Positions 43,182 to 55,294 of a stretch of 64,000 nt of DNA are shown one piece after another. Numbering within the stretch: the stretch's first letter is position 1; every line of letters starts with the position of its first letter. This DNA is from Dehalococcoidia bacterium (lineage in GTDB: Bacteria > Chloroflexota > Dehalococcoidia > Lucifugimonadales > Australimonadaceae). The stretch covers positions 921-64,920 of the forward strand of contig DAOUKL010000021.1 of NCBI GenBank assembly GCA_034421335.1. Reading direction: 5' to 3'. The notes under the pieces are model-generated. The model saw only the letters and a program-made list of their open reading frames with translations, ran no database searches and had not been told where the DNA came from. Position numbers and translations under genes: made by a program.

Positions 43182-44110
43182 CAGACCTTCCCTTCCACCT
43201 CGCGTTCGAGGTCGGCAAAGTCGCGGGTCCACAGCCCGGTGCTGAGGTATTTCCACCCTCCGTCGGCGAAGAGGCAGACGATGTCGCCGCTGTCGATGCG
43301 GTTGGCGACGCGAAGGGCGGCGGCGAGAGCCGCGCCGGAGGAGACGCCGGCGAAGACGCCCTCCTTGCGGAGAAGGAGCGCGGTCATGCTGAAGCTCTCG
43401 GCGCTGCTGATCATGATGCGGGCGTCGAGCAGGGAGAGGTCGAGGATAGGCGGCACGAAGCCTTCCTCGAGGCTTCGGAGTCCCTGGATCCGGTCGTCGG
43501 GTTCGGGGGCTGCGGCGATGATTTCGACGTTGGGGTTGAACTCCTTGAGCCTGCGGCCGACGCCCATGAGGGTGCCGCCAGTGCCAAGTCCCGCGACGAA
43601 GTGGGTGACCTCCGGGAGGTCGCGGATGATTTCAGGCGCGGTGGTCTCGTAGTGGGCGCGGGGGTTGGCGGGGTTGCCGTACTGATAGAGCATCACGTAG
43701 CGGTCGTCCTGGTCGGCCAGGGCCTTGGCGGCGACGATGGAGCCATTGGAGCCCTCCTCGCCGGGGGAGTAGATGATCTCGGCGCCGTAGGCGCGGAGCA
43801 GTTCGCCGCGCTCCTGGCTGACGTTGTCGGGCATCACGGCTGTGAAGCGCCGGCCGAGCCGTTGGGCGACCATGGCCAAGGAGATGCCCGTGTTGCCGCT
43901 CGTGGGTTCGAGAAGCGTCTTGTCCTCCGGGAGAAGGCCCTCGTCCAGGGCGGCCTGCACCATCGCCCGGGCGATGCGGTCCTTCACCGAGCCGGTGGGG
44001 TTGTTGCCCTCGAGCTTGGCGAAGATGCGGACGCCCGGCTTGGGGGTGAGCGATGGGAGTTCGACCAGCGGAGTGTCGCCGATGGCCTCTAGGAGATTGC
44101 TGCTGCGCAT
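43175..44110 (-). CDS. cysM: Cysteine synthase, CysM type resembling the mycobacterial CysO-thiocarboxylate-dependent enzyme
   Basis: The PLP-lysine motif is NPTGSVKDR, with SGNTGISLA. The strings VMLYQYGNPAN, THFVAGLGTGGTLMG, EGFVP and ADGGWKYLSTG match my recollection of M. tuberculosis CysM rather than plain CysK. Confidence 0.85.
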   Translation of the reverse strand: MRSSNLLEAIGDTPLVELPSLTPKPGVRIFAKLEGNNPTGSVKDRIARAMVQAALDEGLLPEDKTLLEPTSGNTGISLAMVAQRLGRRFTAVMPDNVSQERGELLRAYGAEIIYSPGEEGSNGSIVAAKALADQDDRYVMLYQYGNPANPRAHYETTAPEIIRDLPEVTHFVAGLGTGGTLMGVGRRLKEFNPNVEIIAAAPEPDDRIQGLRSLEEGFVPPILDLSLLDARIMISSAESFSMTALLLRKEGVFAGVSSGAALAAALRVANRIDSGDIVCLFADGGWKYLSTGLWTRDFADLEREVEGKVWW

Positions 44111-44128
44111 GACGTGGAGGTTAGCCCT

Positions 44129-44974
<846 letters not shown>

Positions 44975-45092
44975 GGTTCTCTCTCCCCCTTGGCGTTTCC
45001 GCCGCTTGCGGCGGGAGCGCTCGTTCTCACGTTGTGCAGGAGACTAGTCAGGCCGTCGCTCCCGCCTATCCTCTTCGCGCCCCGGACATGGG

Positions 45093-45539
45093 TCAGCCGA
45101 CGCGCAACTCCACAGGCTGGGCGCTGCGGCGCTGCTGACGCGCGGCCAGGTCCTCGATGGACGTGGTGCTGAGCACCGCCAGGACGGCGTCTTCGACGTC
45201 GCGCCAGATTTCGCGCTGGGCGCAGTTGTCGGAGAGCGCGCATTCCGACGCGTCGTGGATGCATTCGAGCGGCGGGGTGCGGCCTTCGAGCGTCGCGACC
45301 ACGTCGTCGAGCGTGATAGCGGCGGCCGAACGAGCGAGGACATGGCCTCCCTGCGGACCCCGGCGGCTCTTGATGAACCCGAACTTGTTGAGCGTGGCGA
45401 GCACCTGGTCGAGGTACGGTTCGGGGATCCCCTGCCTGCCGGCGATGTCGGCGGTGCGGACCGGGCGGCCGTCCGGAGCGCGCTGAGCAAGTTCGACGAG
45501 GGCGCGGACGCCGTAGTCGACCTTCATCGGGATGCGCAT
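45093..45539 (-). CDS. Rrf2-family transcriptional regulator with putative Fe-S ligands
   Basis: 148 aa from ATG at 45537-45539, preceded by GAGGAG. The N-terminal wHTH is MKVDYGVRALVELA...TADIAGRQGIPEPYLDQVLATLNKFGFIKSRRGPQGG. A Cys triad C-x6-C-x5-C occurs in ECIHDASECALSDNC. Confidence 0.85.
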   Translation of the reverse strand: MRIPMKVDYGVRALVELAQRAPDGRPVRTADIAGRQGIPEPYLDQVLATLNKFGFIKSRRGPQGGHVLARSAAAITLDDVVATLEGRTPPLECIHDASECALSDNCAQREIWRDVEDAVLAVLSTTSIEDLAARQQRRSAQPVELRVG

Positions 45540-45762
45540 GACCGTCTCCTCGGGCGCGTACTCCGGAGCGCGTCCGCTGAGAAATGATACACCGGCGGCA
45601 GGCGTAAAGTCCACCTAACCGGTCAACAATAGGGCTGAGGAGGCTTGGTCAAGGCGCGACGCGCGAGGTTCGAGCGGTGACGGGGAAGGGGCCGCTCTGC
45701 TATGCTAAGGCGTCAGCCTCGCATAAGCTGGGGCGCTTTTCCTGTAAAGGCGGCACTGAAAG

Positions 45763-46401
45763 ATGGACGAACTACTGCTGGAAGCTGAGTTGCGCACGGC
45801 GATGCGCAAGAAGACCGGAGCGCTCCGGCGCTCCGGCATCACCCCAATCCATGTGTACGGTCGCGGCGGCAGTTCGCTGTCGCTGCAGGCGGACACGCAC
45901 GAGTTGGTGCAGACGCTGGTCGCAGCCGGGCGCACGAGTCCGCTGACCGTGAAGGTGGGCGGAGACGCGCACTTCGTGATGGTGCAGCAGGTGCAGAGGC
46001 ACCCCGTTACGGAGCGGCTGCTGCACGTCGACCTGCTGCGGGTGTCGCGGACAGAACGGATCCGCGCCGCCGTGCCGCTTCGGTTTGAGGGAGAAGCGCC
46101 CGGCGCCCGGCTGGACGGCGCCGCGCTCTCCGAGGACCTCCACGAGGTCGAGGTGGAGGCGTTGCCCACTTCGATCCCCCACGAGCTCATCGTCGACCTG
46201 TCGGCGCTCACGGAGGAAGACTCCGCCATTCGCGTGAGCGACCTCGAACTGCCCGCGGATGTCTCGCTGGCGACGGACGCCGACGCGGTGGTAGCGCGCA
46301 TCGTGCAGTCGCACGCGCCGCCGCCCGAGGAGGAGGCGCCTGCCGAGGCCGAGGCCGAAGCCGCTGCTGAAACGCCGGCGGAGGGAGAGGAGCAGCAGTA
46401 G
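45763..46401 (+). CDS. rplY: 50S ribosomal protein L25 / general stress protein Ctc (long form)
   Basis: Strings are LRRSGITPIHVYGRGG...HPVTERLLHVDLLRV, with an acidic Glu/Ala tail. The protein is 212 aa. Confidence 0.9.
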   Translation: MDELLLEAELRTAMRKKTGALRRSGITPIHVYGRGGSSLSLQADTHELVQTLVAAGRTSPLTVKVGGDAHFVMVQQVQRHPVTERLLHVDLLRVSRTERIRAAVPLRFEGEAPGARLDGAALSEDLHEVEVEALPTSIPHELIVDLSALTEEDSAIRVSDLELPADVSLATDADAVVARIVQSHAPPPEEEAPAEAEAEAAAETPAEGEEQQ

Positions 46402-46480
46402 CTCGCGGCGAGGCGCGCCCCGTCCCGCGCATTTCATCGCAGACGGCAGTCCCGCCTTCCGAGATACCCCGTCCTCACGG

Positions 46481-46503
46481 GTTCGTGGTGAGCCTGTCGA
46501 GCC
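46481..46503. repeat. Copy of the short interspersed motif GGTGAGCCTGTCGA
   Basis: gttcgtggtgagcctgtcgagcc lies in the rplY/fmt convergent spacer. Compare 59148-59170 (gttcgcggtgagcctgtcgaacg) and 47759-47770. Confidence 0.55.
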
Positions 46504-46513
46504 GGAAGAAATC

Positions 46514-47452
46514 CTACGAGGGCAGCTGCGCGCCGAGGAAGGCGCTGTGGCCGCGGACGAACTCGTCGATGCCGGTCTCGGGGCGGCCCTCCAGTTTCAC
46601 CCGGAGCAGCTCGAGCGCGCCAACGCCGGCGCCCACCAGCACGCGCCCCCCAACCGACGCCGCCTGCCCGAGCGCGAGTCCTTCATGGCGCTGCGGTTCC
46701 GCGGCGATGATGGCGAGCCGGCGTCCCTCCCATATCGTGGCCGTCCCCGGCCATGGATCGTACGCGCGCACCTTGCGGGCTATCAGTTCGGCGGCCTCCC
46801 GCCAGTCGATGTCGCCGTCGGACTTGCTCATGCGCCTGGTGAGCGTCGCGCCCTCGGCGGATTGCGGGGCGGGCTTGAGGCCGCCCGCGACGTAATCCGG
46901 GAGCTTCTCTTCGAGCATGGCGCCCCCGAGTCCGAAGAGGCGGGCGGTGAGTTCCGGCGTGCGCTCGTCGCCTGTGAGCGGGACCCTCCGCTGGGCGAGG
47001 AGCGGGCCGGTGTCGAGGCCCTCGTCCATGACGATGAGCGATGCCCCGGTCTCGTTGTCGCCCGCAAGGATGGCGCCGGCGACTGGAGCGGCGCCGCGGT
47101 GACGAGGGAGGAGCGAGGGGTGGACGTTTACAGCGCCGTGCCGCGGTTCGAACAGGAACGGGGCGGGCAGGAGCAGGCCGTAGGCGGCGAGAATGACGAG
47201 GTCAGCGCCGAGCTCGCGAAAACGCGCCTGCTCATCGGGGCCTACGAGGCGCTCAGGCGTAAGAACCGGGATGCCCAGTTCGTCGGCCCTGGCGCGGACA
47301 GGGGAAGGGGTAAGGCGTCGGCCCCGGCCGCTGGGGCGGTCGGGGGAAGTGTAGACGGCGGCGACGGTCCAGCTCTCGCGCCGGGCGGCGCGGAGAACCG
47401 CGTCGAGGACTGCGACGGCGGGCTCCGGCGCGCCCATGAAGACGATGCTCAC
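46514..47452 (-). CDS. fmt: Methionyl-tRNA formyltransferase
   Basis: Strings are SIVFMGAPEPAV and the signature HPSLLPRHRGAAPV. The start is taken as GTG at 47450-47452 (47461 is also possible). The 558-aa ORF reaching 48190 overlaps dnaA and was trimmed. Confidence 0.85.
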   Translation of the reverse strand: MSIVFMGAPEPAVAVLDAVLRAARRESWTVAAVYTSPDRPSGRGRRLTPSPVRARADELGIPVLTPERLVGPDEQARFRELGADLVILAAYGLLLPAPFLFEPRHGAVNVHPSLLPRHRGAAPVAGAILAGDNETGASLIVMDEGLDTGPLLAQRRVPLTGDERTPELTARLFGLGGAMLEEKLPDYVAGGLKPAPQSAEGATLTRRMSKSDGDIDWREAAELIARKVRAYDPWPGTATIWEGRRLAIIAAEPQRHEGLALGQAASVGGRVLVGAGVGALELLRVKLEGRPETGIDEFVRGHSAFLGAQLPS

Positions 47453-47758
47453 GCTGCTCACAGGATCGATGTTAGCACCCGCGTTCTCCTCGCCCTCCCC
47501 AGCGGAGTGAGCGGACTGCAGCGGGCGGCGGGGCCTTCGCAGGATGCCCGTCGACGGCCCGGATCTGGGTAACCATGGGCTTTGACTGCCGCCCACAAGA
47601 TTGTTGACTTTGCAAGTGTTGGGAGGGCGAATTCTTTGCCATCCGCTCCGCACTGCGGGGCCCGGCAGCCCTGCTAGGGTGGTGCGCCTACGCCTCCAGC
47701 CATCCCGTCCCAGCAGGCCCCGTTGACGCCCCTTTGAGCGCGGCGCTACGCCGTCAAC

Positions 47759-47770
47759 GGTGAGCCTGTC
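47759..47770. repeat. Truncated copy of the GGTGAGCCTGTC motif at the 5' edge of the dnaA ORF
   Basis: ggtgagcctgtc is a 12-nt exact match to the other two copies. It immediately follows the right arm of an 8-bp inverted repeat, CGTTGACG (47721-47728) / CGTCAACG (47752-47759). Confidence 0.4.
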
Positions 47771-49202
47771 ATGCGCGACGCGGCGGAGGGAACCTGAAGG
47801 AAGGAGCAGGCGTTCGACTTTGTCACCCGACCCCGCAGCAACGTTGTGGAGCGCAGCGCTCGGCAGGCTCCAGCTCCAAACGCCGAAACCAACCTTCGAC
47901 ACCTGGCTCGCCGGGACGACCGGCTGCAGCCTCGAAGGCGACGAGATTGTCGTCGCCCTGCCGTCCGCGTTCGCGGCCGACTGGATCGAACAGCACCTGC
48001 AGACGCTCGTCGAGTCCGCCGCCAGCGCCATCGCCGGACGTCCGCTGCGCGTCCAGTACGTCATCGGCGACGCCGGCCAGGCGCATGCAGCCCCGACGCG
48101 AGACGAGAGCGAGGCGGCAGGGACCGAACTCGCCGTCCCGAGCACAGGGGGAATCGGCGGCCCGCTCTGGCCGGAGCACACGTTCGACAACTTCGTCGTG
48201 GGAGAGTCGAACCGGCTTGCGTACGCCGCCGCTCAAGCGGTCGCGCGAGAGCAGGGGCCGGCATACAACCCGCTCTATTTCTACGGCCCGGTCGGGCTGG
48301 GGAAGACGCACCTGATGCACGCAATCGGACAGAAGGCGTCAGCCGATGGGCGGAGCGCGCTATACATCACGACCGAGGGCTTCACGAACGCCTACTTGAG
48401 CGCGCTGCGCAGCAAGAGAATGGAGGAGTTCCGGGATCACTTCCGCGCCGTGGACGTCCTTCTGGTCGACGACATCCAGTTCCTCGCGGGGCGGCCCTCG
48501 ACCCAGCACGCCTTCTTCGACACCTTCAATGCCGTGCTCACGAGCGGAGGCCAGCTCGTGCTCTCATCCGACCGGCCTGCGGGCGAGCTGAAGCAACTGG
48601 AGCCGCGGTTGCGCTCCCGGTTCGAGGGAGGGCTTCAAGCCGACCTCTCCCCGCCTGATCTTGAGACACGACTGGCGATGGCCACTGCATTCGCCGTCAG
48701 GGCGAACATCTCCATTCCGGCCAACGGGCTTCAACTCATTGCCGAGCGCGCAACGGAGAGCGCTCGACAGCTATACGGCTGCATCACCCGGCTCGCGGCT
48801 CTGGCGGAATTCACCCAGCAGCCTGTCACTCTCCACCTGATACGTGAGGCCTTGGGCCCCCAAGCCGCCCCAGCGAGCGACGACCTCACCCCCGCCGCAA
48901 TCCTCCGGGCTGTCGCCCTCTCACGCAACCTCCCCGTGATCGGACTCAGCGGACGCGGGCGAGACAGGGAGGTTTCATCGGCACGGCAGTTGGCGATGCA
49001 CCTTCTCCACACGATGTTGGGGCTAAGCCCCGAGGAGATCGGCGCTATCATGGGAAACCGCGACCGCACGACCGTCTTGTATGGCCTGCGACGAGCGGAA
49101 GAGGCGATCAATGCGAAAGCCGCGCTAGCGGACGAAGTTGAAAGCATCCGGGTTTCCCTACAGAATTTCACGGAAAAGTCTGCTCTTTCCGATTCCGCAT
49201 AA
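47760..49202 (+). CDS. dnaA: Chromosomal replication initiator protein DnaA
   Basis: Strings include LWSAALGRLQLQ...FDTWL, Walker A GPVGLGKTHLMHAIG, Walker B LLVDDIQFL and sensor motifs. The C-terminal DNA-binding helix region is ARQLAMHLLHTMLGLSPEEIGAIMGNRDRTTVLYGLRR. The true start is uncertain: in-frame TTG at 47820 lies 13 nt after GGAAGGAG, and another TTG lies at 47844. Confidence 0.9.
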   Translation: MSLSCATRRREPEGRSRRSTLSPDPAATLWSAALGRLQLQTPKPTFDTWLAGTTGCSLEGDEIVVALPSAFAADWIEQHLQTLVESAASAIAGRPLRVQYVIGDAGQAHAAPTRDESEAAGTELAVPSTGGIGGPLWPEHTFDNFVVGESNRLAYAAAQAVAREQGPAYNPLYFYGPVGLGKTHLMHAIGQKASADGRSALYITTEGFTNAYLSALRSKRMEEFRDHFRAVDVLLVDDIQFLAGRPSTQHAFFDTFNAVLTSGGQLVLSSDRPAGELKQLEPRLRSRFEGGLQADLSPPDLETRLAMATAFAVRANISIPANGLQLIAERATESARQLYGCITRLAALAEFTQQPVTLHLIREALGPQAAPASDDLTPAAILRAVALSRNLPVIGLSGRGRDREVSSARQLAMHLLHTMLGLSPEEIGAIMGNRDRTTVLYGLRRAEEAINAKAALADEVESIRVSLQNFTEKSALSDSA

Positions 49203-49308
49203 TGCAGTCAACCGCCACGAGTGAGGCTGAGCTTCAACAGGGTTTCCCCCAGCCGGGGATTTCCCCCTACTCCTACTCTCCCTATACAAAGCGATTAGGC
49301 TGAATTAC

Positions 49309-50574
49309 ATGCTCGACCGAATCGAACTAACCCTAAGTGGTGGAAGGGGCGGCAATGGCGCGGTCTCCTTCCTGCGGGAGAAGTTCCGCCCTAAGGGGGG
49401 CCCCGATGGGGGGGATGGAGGGGATGGTGGGGCCGTTGTAATTCGGGCGTCGAGCCGGCTGCGCTCGTTGGGCCACCTTGAGGGGGTGCGAGGAGTTGCA
49501 GGGCAGGAGGGGTTGTCTGGCAGGAGCAAGGATCGTACGGGGAGAAAGGGGAAGCCCGTCTACCTGGAGGTTCCGGTGGGGACGGTTGTTTGGGAGCGCG
49601 GGTCTGACGAAGAACGGGAGTTCTTGCTGGAACTGTTGAGCGATGGTGCCGAGGCGCTCGTTGCATACCCTGGGAGGGGGGGAGTTGGGAATACCCGACT
49701 GGCGACACCGACGAACCAAGAACCCTTGCTTGCGTACGGAGGAGAGCCCGGAGAAGAGCGGAGTGTCGAACTGGAGGTCAAGCTCTTGGCGGACGTCGGG
49801 CTCGTGGGCGCGCCGAACGCTGGGAAGTCCACTCTCCTCAGCACGATCTCGCGGGCAAAGCCGAAGGTCGCGGACTACCCCTTTACGACGCTTGAACCTG
49901 TGCTGGGGGTGGCGGACGTAGTGGGGCGGTCCGTCGTCGTGCTCGATATTCCGGGGCTGATCGAGGGCGCCCACGAGGGACGTGGCTTGGGTTTGGAGTT
50001 CCTGCGCCACTGTGAGCGGGCGGCTGCGCTCGTGCAGCTCGTTGATGGCATGACTGAGGATCTCGTGGGCGAGTACACGATGATTGATAGGGAACTGGGG
50101 CAGTACGCCGCCGGACTCGAGTCGAAGCCGAGGCTGGTGGCGGTGACGAAACTGGATATCCCTGAGGCGCGAGAGCGGTTTGAGAGCCAGCGGAGCGCGC
50201 TGGCCGTCGCTGCGGGACAGGAGCCGCTGGGAATCGCGGCGGTTACGGGGGAGGGCGTCTCGGCGTTGTTGAGCCGTGTGGCCGCCTTGGTTCCGGCGGC
50301 GGATGCGCTGGAGGAGGAGCAGCCTCCCCAACGGGTGCAGCGGCTGCGGAGGCCCCCGGCCCAGCCGCGAGTGACGCCGTTGGAGGACGGCTTCCAGGTG
50401 AGGTGCCCGTCGGCGGAGCGCCTGTTGGAGGCGTCGAACCTTGGCCCGTGGCGAGCGCGGATGCAGTTCCATAACGAGCTGGAGAGGTTGGGCGTCATCG
50501 AGGCGCTGCAGCGCGCGGGGGCCGCCCGGGGTGATACAGTGCGGATAGCGGATTTCGAGTTCACCTGGGAGTAG
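49309..50574 (+). CDS. obg: GTPase ObgE/CgtA
   Basis: The glycine-rich Obg fold is GGRGGNGAVSFLREKFRPKGGPDGGDGGDGG. G-domain motifs are GAPNAGKST, DIPGLIEGA and TKLD. Confidence 0.95.
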   Translation: MLDRIELTLSGGRGGNGAVSFLREKFRPKGGPDGGDGGDGGAVVIRASSRLRSLGHLEGVRGVAGQEGLSGRSKDRTGRKGKPVYLEVPVGTVVWERGSDEEREFLLELLSDGAEALVAYPGRGGVGNTRLATPTNQEPLLAYGGEPGEERSVELEVKLLADVGLVGAPNAGKSTLLSTISRAKPKVADYPFTTLEPVLGVADVVGRSVVVLDIPGLIEGAHEGRGLGLEFLRHCERAAALVQLVDGMTEDLVGEYTMIDRELGQYAAGLESKPRLVAVTKLDIPEARERFESQRSALAVAAGQEPLGIAAVTGEGVSALLSRVAALVPAADALEEEQPPQRVQRLRRPPAQPRVTPLEDGFQVRCPSAERLLEASNLGPWRARMQFHNELERLGVIEALQRAGAARGDTVRIADFEFTWE

Positions 50575-50578
50575 CGCG

Positions 50579-51208
50579 GTGCGCCGGGGGCTGCTTGGCG
50601 GCACGTTCGACCCGATTCACACGGGGCACCTTATCCTCGCGCAGGAGGTCCAGTGGCGGCTGCGCCTCGACGAGGTGTGGTTCGTGCCGACCGGGCTGCC
50701 GTGGATGAAGAGGGACGAGCCGATATCGGAGCGGCATCACCGCCGGGCGATGGTTGAACTGGCGATAGAGGGCAATCCGGCGTTCCGGGTCTCCACCATC
50801 GAACTCGACCGGCCGGGCGAGACGTACACCGTAGACACGCTCGAAGAGTTGCGGGCCGGCCTGATGGCGGACGGCGAACTGGTATTCATCATGGGGGCGG
50901 ACGCGCTGCAGTCGATGCACCTTTGGCGCGACCCGCAGCGGATCCTCGAACTGACCCGCATCGTCGTGGCGCTGCGTCCGGGCCACGGCGCAGTTGACTT
51001 GGTGCCGCTGACGGCGGTCGATCCGACCGCTCCGGAGCGAGTCATGACGGCGCCGGCGCCGCTCATCGACATCAGCGGGACGGAACTGCGCCGCCGGGTG
51101 CGCCACGGAGAACCGGTGCGCTATCTGGCGCCGGACGCGGTGGTCGACTACATAGCGCAGCATGGCCTCTACCAGGGACGCAGCGCCGTGCTGTCGGCGG
51201 GAGGGTGA
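50579..51208 (+). CDS. nadD: Nicotinate-nucleotide adenylyltransferase
   Basis: GTG start, with motifs GGTFDPIHTGHL and ...ISGTELRRR. Confidence 0.9.
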   Translation: MRRGLLGGTFDPIHTGHLILAQEVQWRLRLDEVWFVPTGLPWMKRDEPISERHHRRAMVELAIEGNPAFRVSTIELDRPGETYTVDTLEELRAGLMADGELVFIMGADALQSMHLWRDPQRILELTRIVVALRPGHGAVDLVPLTAVDPTAPERVMTAPAPLIDISGTELRRRVRHGEPVRYLAPDAVVDYIAQHGLYQGRSAVLSAGG

Positions 51209-51373
51209 GTGAACTCCGTATGGGCGCACACTTGCAGAGAATGAAACGATATGCTTAGCATCGCGCCCAAACGCGGGTTAAGATTGCAGGCTCATGCAGA
51301 GGGATGTAGACTTGCCGGACAGGTTGTGAAACTTTTCGCAAACTTAAGATAGATAGAAAGATAGGAGGATGCG

Positions 51374-51976
51374 ATGCGTGAGCTCGGGGCTCTCCTCGAT
51401 AAGGCGGAGTCGCTGATGTACGAGAGTGGAGCTTTGCTACAGGGAAAATTTCGGCTGGCCAGCGGGAAAGAATCGTCGTACTACTTCGATTCGAAGATGT
51501 TCTCTCTGCACGGCCAAGGGCAGCATCTCGCGGGTGAACTGCTGTTCGACTTAATCTCCCAGTGTGACCACGACGGGTTTGGGGGGATGGAGGTCTCTGC
51601 GATTCCCCTTGTAGGTGCGGTCGCCCGGGCCGCGTTCGATAGAGGGCTGCCATGCAAGGGCTTCTACGTTAAGAAGGAGCGAAAAGAGCATGGGACAGCA
51701 CGGGCGGTTGAGGGATTCTTACCTCCCGAAGGCAGCAGGGTCGTTATTCTGGATGATGTCGTTACCACGGGGGAATCTGCGCAGTTAGCTGTAGACGCCG
51801 TTCAAGCTAGAGGGCTGAGGGTTGTCCTCGTGGCCGCTCTTGTGGAACGGCACGAGGAGGGAGGGAAGGTCTTCATCGGGCAAGGCATCCCCTTCGCGTC
51901 TGTCTTCAAGACCACAGCTGAAGGGCGCTTGGTTCCTGCGATGTCTCGCGGTGAACCCGTAGCCGCTGTTCGTTAG
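51374..51976 (+). CDS. Orotate phosphoribosyltransferase-like type I PRTase (compositional outlier)
   Basis: The strong RBS is TAGGAGGATGCGATG. Strings are GALLQGKFRLASGKESSYYFD and the PRPP loop VVILDDVVTTGESA. A/T-ending codons (tta, gtt, gct, aga, caa, aaa) are frequent here but rare in neighbouring genes. Confidence 0.75.
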   Translation: MRELGALLDKAESLMYESGALLQGKFRLASGKESSYYFDSKMFSLHGQGQHLAGELLFDLISQCDHDGFGGMEVSAIPLVGAVARAAFDRGLPCKGFYVKKERKEHGTARAVEGFLPPEGSRVVILDDVVTTGESAQLAVDAVQARGLRVVLVAALVERHEEGGKVFIGQGIPFASVFKTTAEGRLVPAMSRGEPVAAVR

Positions 51977-51994
51977 AGGGGTTCCATCCCTCTC

Positions 51995-54445
<2,451 letters not shown>

Positions 54446-54559
54446 TCAGCGCGGGAGGGGTATGAGGGGCGCGCCGCCGTGTGCGAGAGCGCGCATCACG
54501 AGACAATTGTACCCCTTTCGTGTGTGAACGGTCAAAGGCGTTTTGGCACATGTTGTGGT

Positions 54560-54565
54560 TATAAT
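54560..54565 (+). promoter_or_regulatory. Perfect TATAAT hexamer in the AT-richest spot of the gyrB/cmk divergent spacer
   Basis: The context is ...ttttggcacatgttgtggtTATAATtcttgtg..., 67 nt upstream of the cmk GTG. No good -35 box occurs at 16-18 nt. The reverse strand reads ATTATA and could equally serve gyrB. Confidence 0.3.
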
Positions 54566-54631
54566 TCTTGTGAGCGTCATGGAACGGGTGGGGTTGACGG
54601 CCCTGCGCGCGCCGAGTACAAACTCTCCGCC

Positions 54632-55294
54632 GTGTCTTACCCCTCAGTAATCGCCATAGACGGCCCGGTCGCTTCCGGGAAAACGACGGTCGGGCGCGAG
54701 GTCGCCAGGCGGCTGGGCTACCAGTTCGTCGACACGGGCGTGTTCTACCGCGCAGTGACGCTCGCCGCCCTCCGCCGGGAAATCTCCGTCCACGACCCGG
54801 AGGCGCTGACGGCGCTGGCGGAGAGCCTCGAGTTGCGTCTCGCCCACGGAGGCGAGGGAATGCTGGTCGACGGAGAGGACGTCTCTGGGGAGTTGCGTGC
54901 GCCGGATGTCGACGCATCGGTTTCGTCGGTTGCGGAAACTGCTGGGGTGAGGCGCGCGGTGCTCCGCCCGCAGCGGGAGGCTGCGGGGGACGGCAACGTG
55001 GTTATGGTGGGGCGGGACATCGGGACGATAGTGCTTCCGGGGTCGGCGAAGGTGTACCTCGACGCGTCGGTGGAGGAGCGCGCCCGCCGCAGGGCGCTGG
55101 AGCTGCAGGCGCAGGGCGCGCGCCGCTCGGAAGCGGACGTTAGAGCGAACCTCGAGCGCCGGGATGCGATCGACTCGCAGCGTTCGGAGGCGCCGTTGCG
55201 CGCGGCTGCCGACGCCCACGTAGCGGCGACCGATGGCCTCGACGTCCAGGGCGTGGTGGAGTTGGTCCTCGCCGCGCTGGCTGAGCAGGGATGA
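54632..55294 (+). CDS. cmk: Cytidylate kinase
   Basis: 220 aa from GTG at 54632. The P-loop is IAIDGPVASGKTT, followed by FVDTGVFYRAV. Everything upstream in the 52706-55294 ORF is antisense to gyrB. Confidence 0.9.
   Translation: MSYPSVIAIDGPVASGKTTVGREVARRLGYQFVDTGVFYRAVTLAALRREISVHDPEALTALAESLELRLAHGGEGMLVDGEDVSGELRAPDVDASVSSVAETAGVRRAVLRPQREAAGDGNVVMVGRDIGTIVLPGSAKVYLDASVEERARRRALELQAQGARRSEADVRANLERRDAIDSQRSEAPLRAAADAHVAATDGLDVQGVVELVLAALAEQG

Noticed and set aside
45667-45675. tRNA T-loop-like string GGTTCGAGC in the rrf2/rplY spacer
   Set aside because: The flanking bases do not form a T-stem, and no acceptor or anticodon arm can be drawn. A similar string, GGTTCAACC near 3201, fails in the same way. 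A tRNAscan-SE run would settle it.
47453-48190. N-terminal 245-codon extension of the fmt ORF (46514-48190)
   Set aside because: The formyltransferase domain begins at ...SIVFMGAPE near 47452. The extension crosses the intergenic region and runs antisense into dnaA.
49395-49432. G-quadruplex-type motif (G6, G7, GG, G4, GG, G4) on the coding strand near the 5' end of obg
   Set aside because: It is fully explained by the glycine-rich Obg fold (PKGGPDGGDGGDGG) encoded with GGN codons in a GC-rich genome. There is no independent reason to think it is functional.
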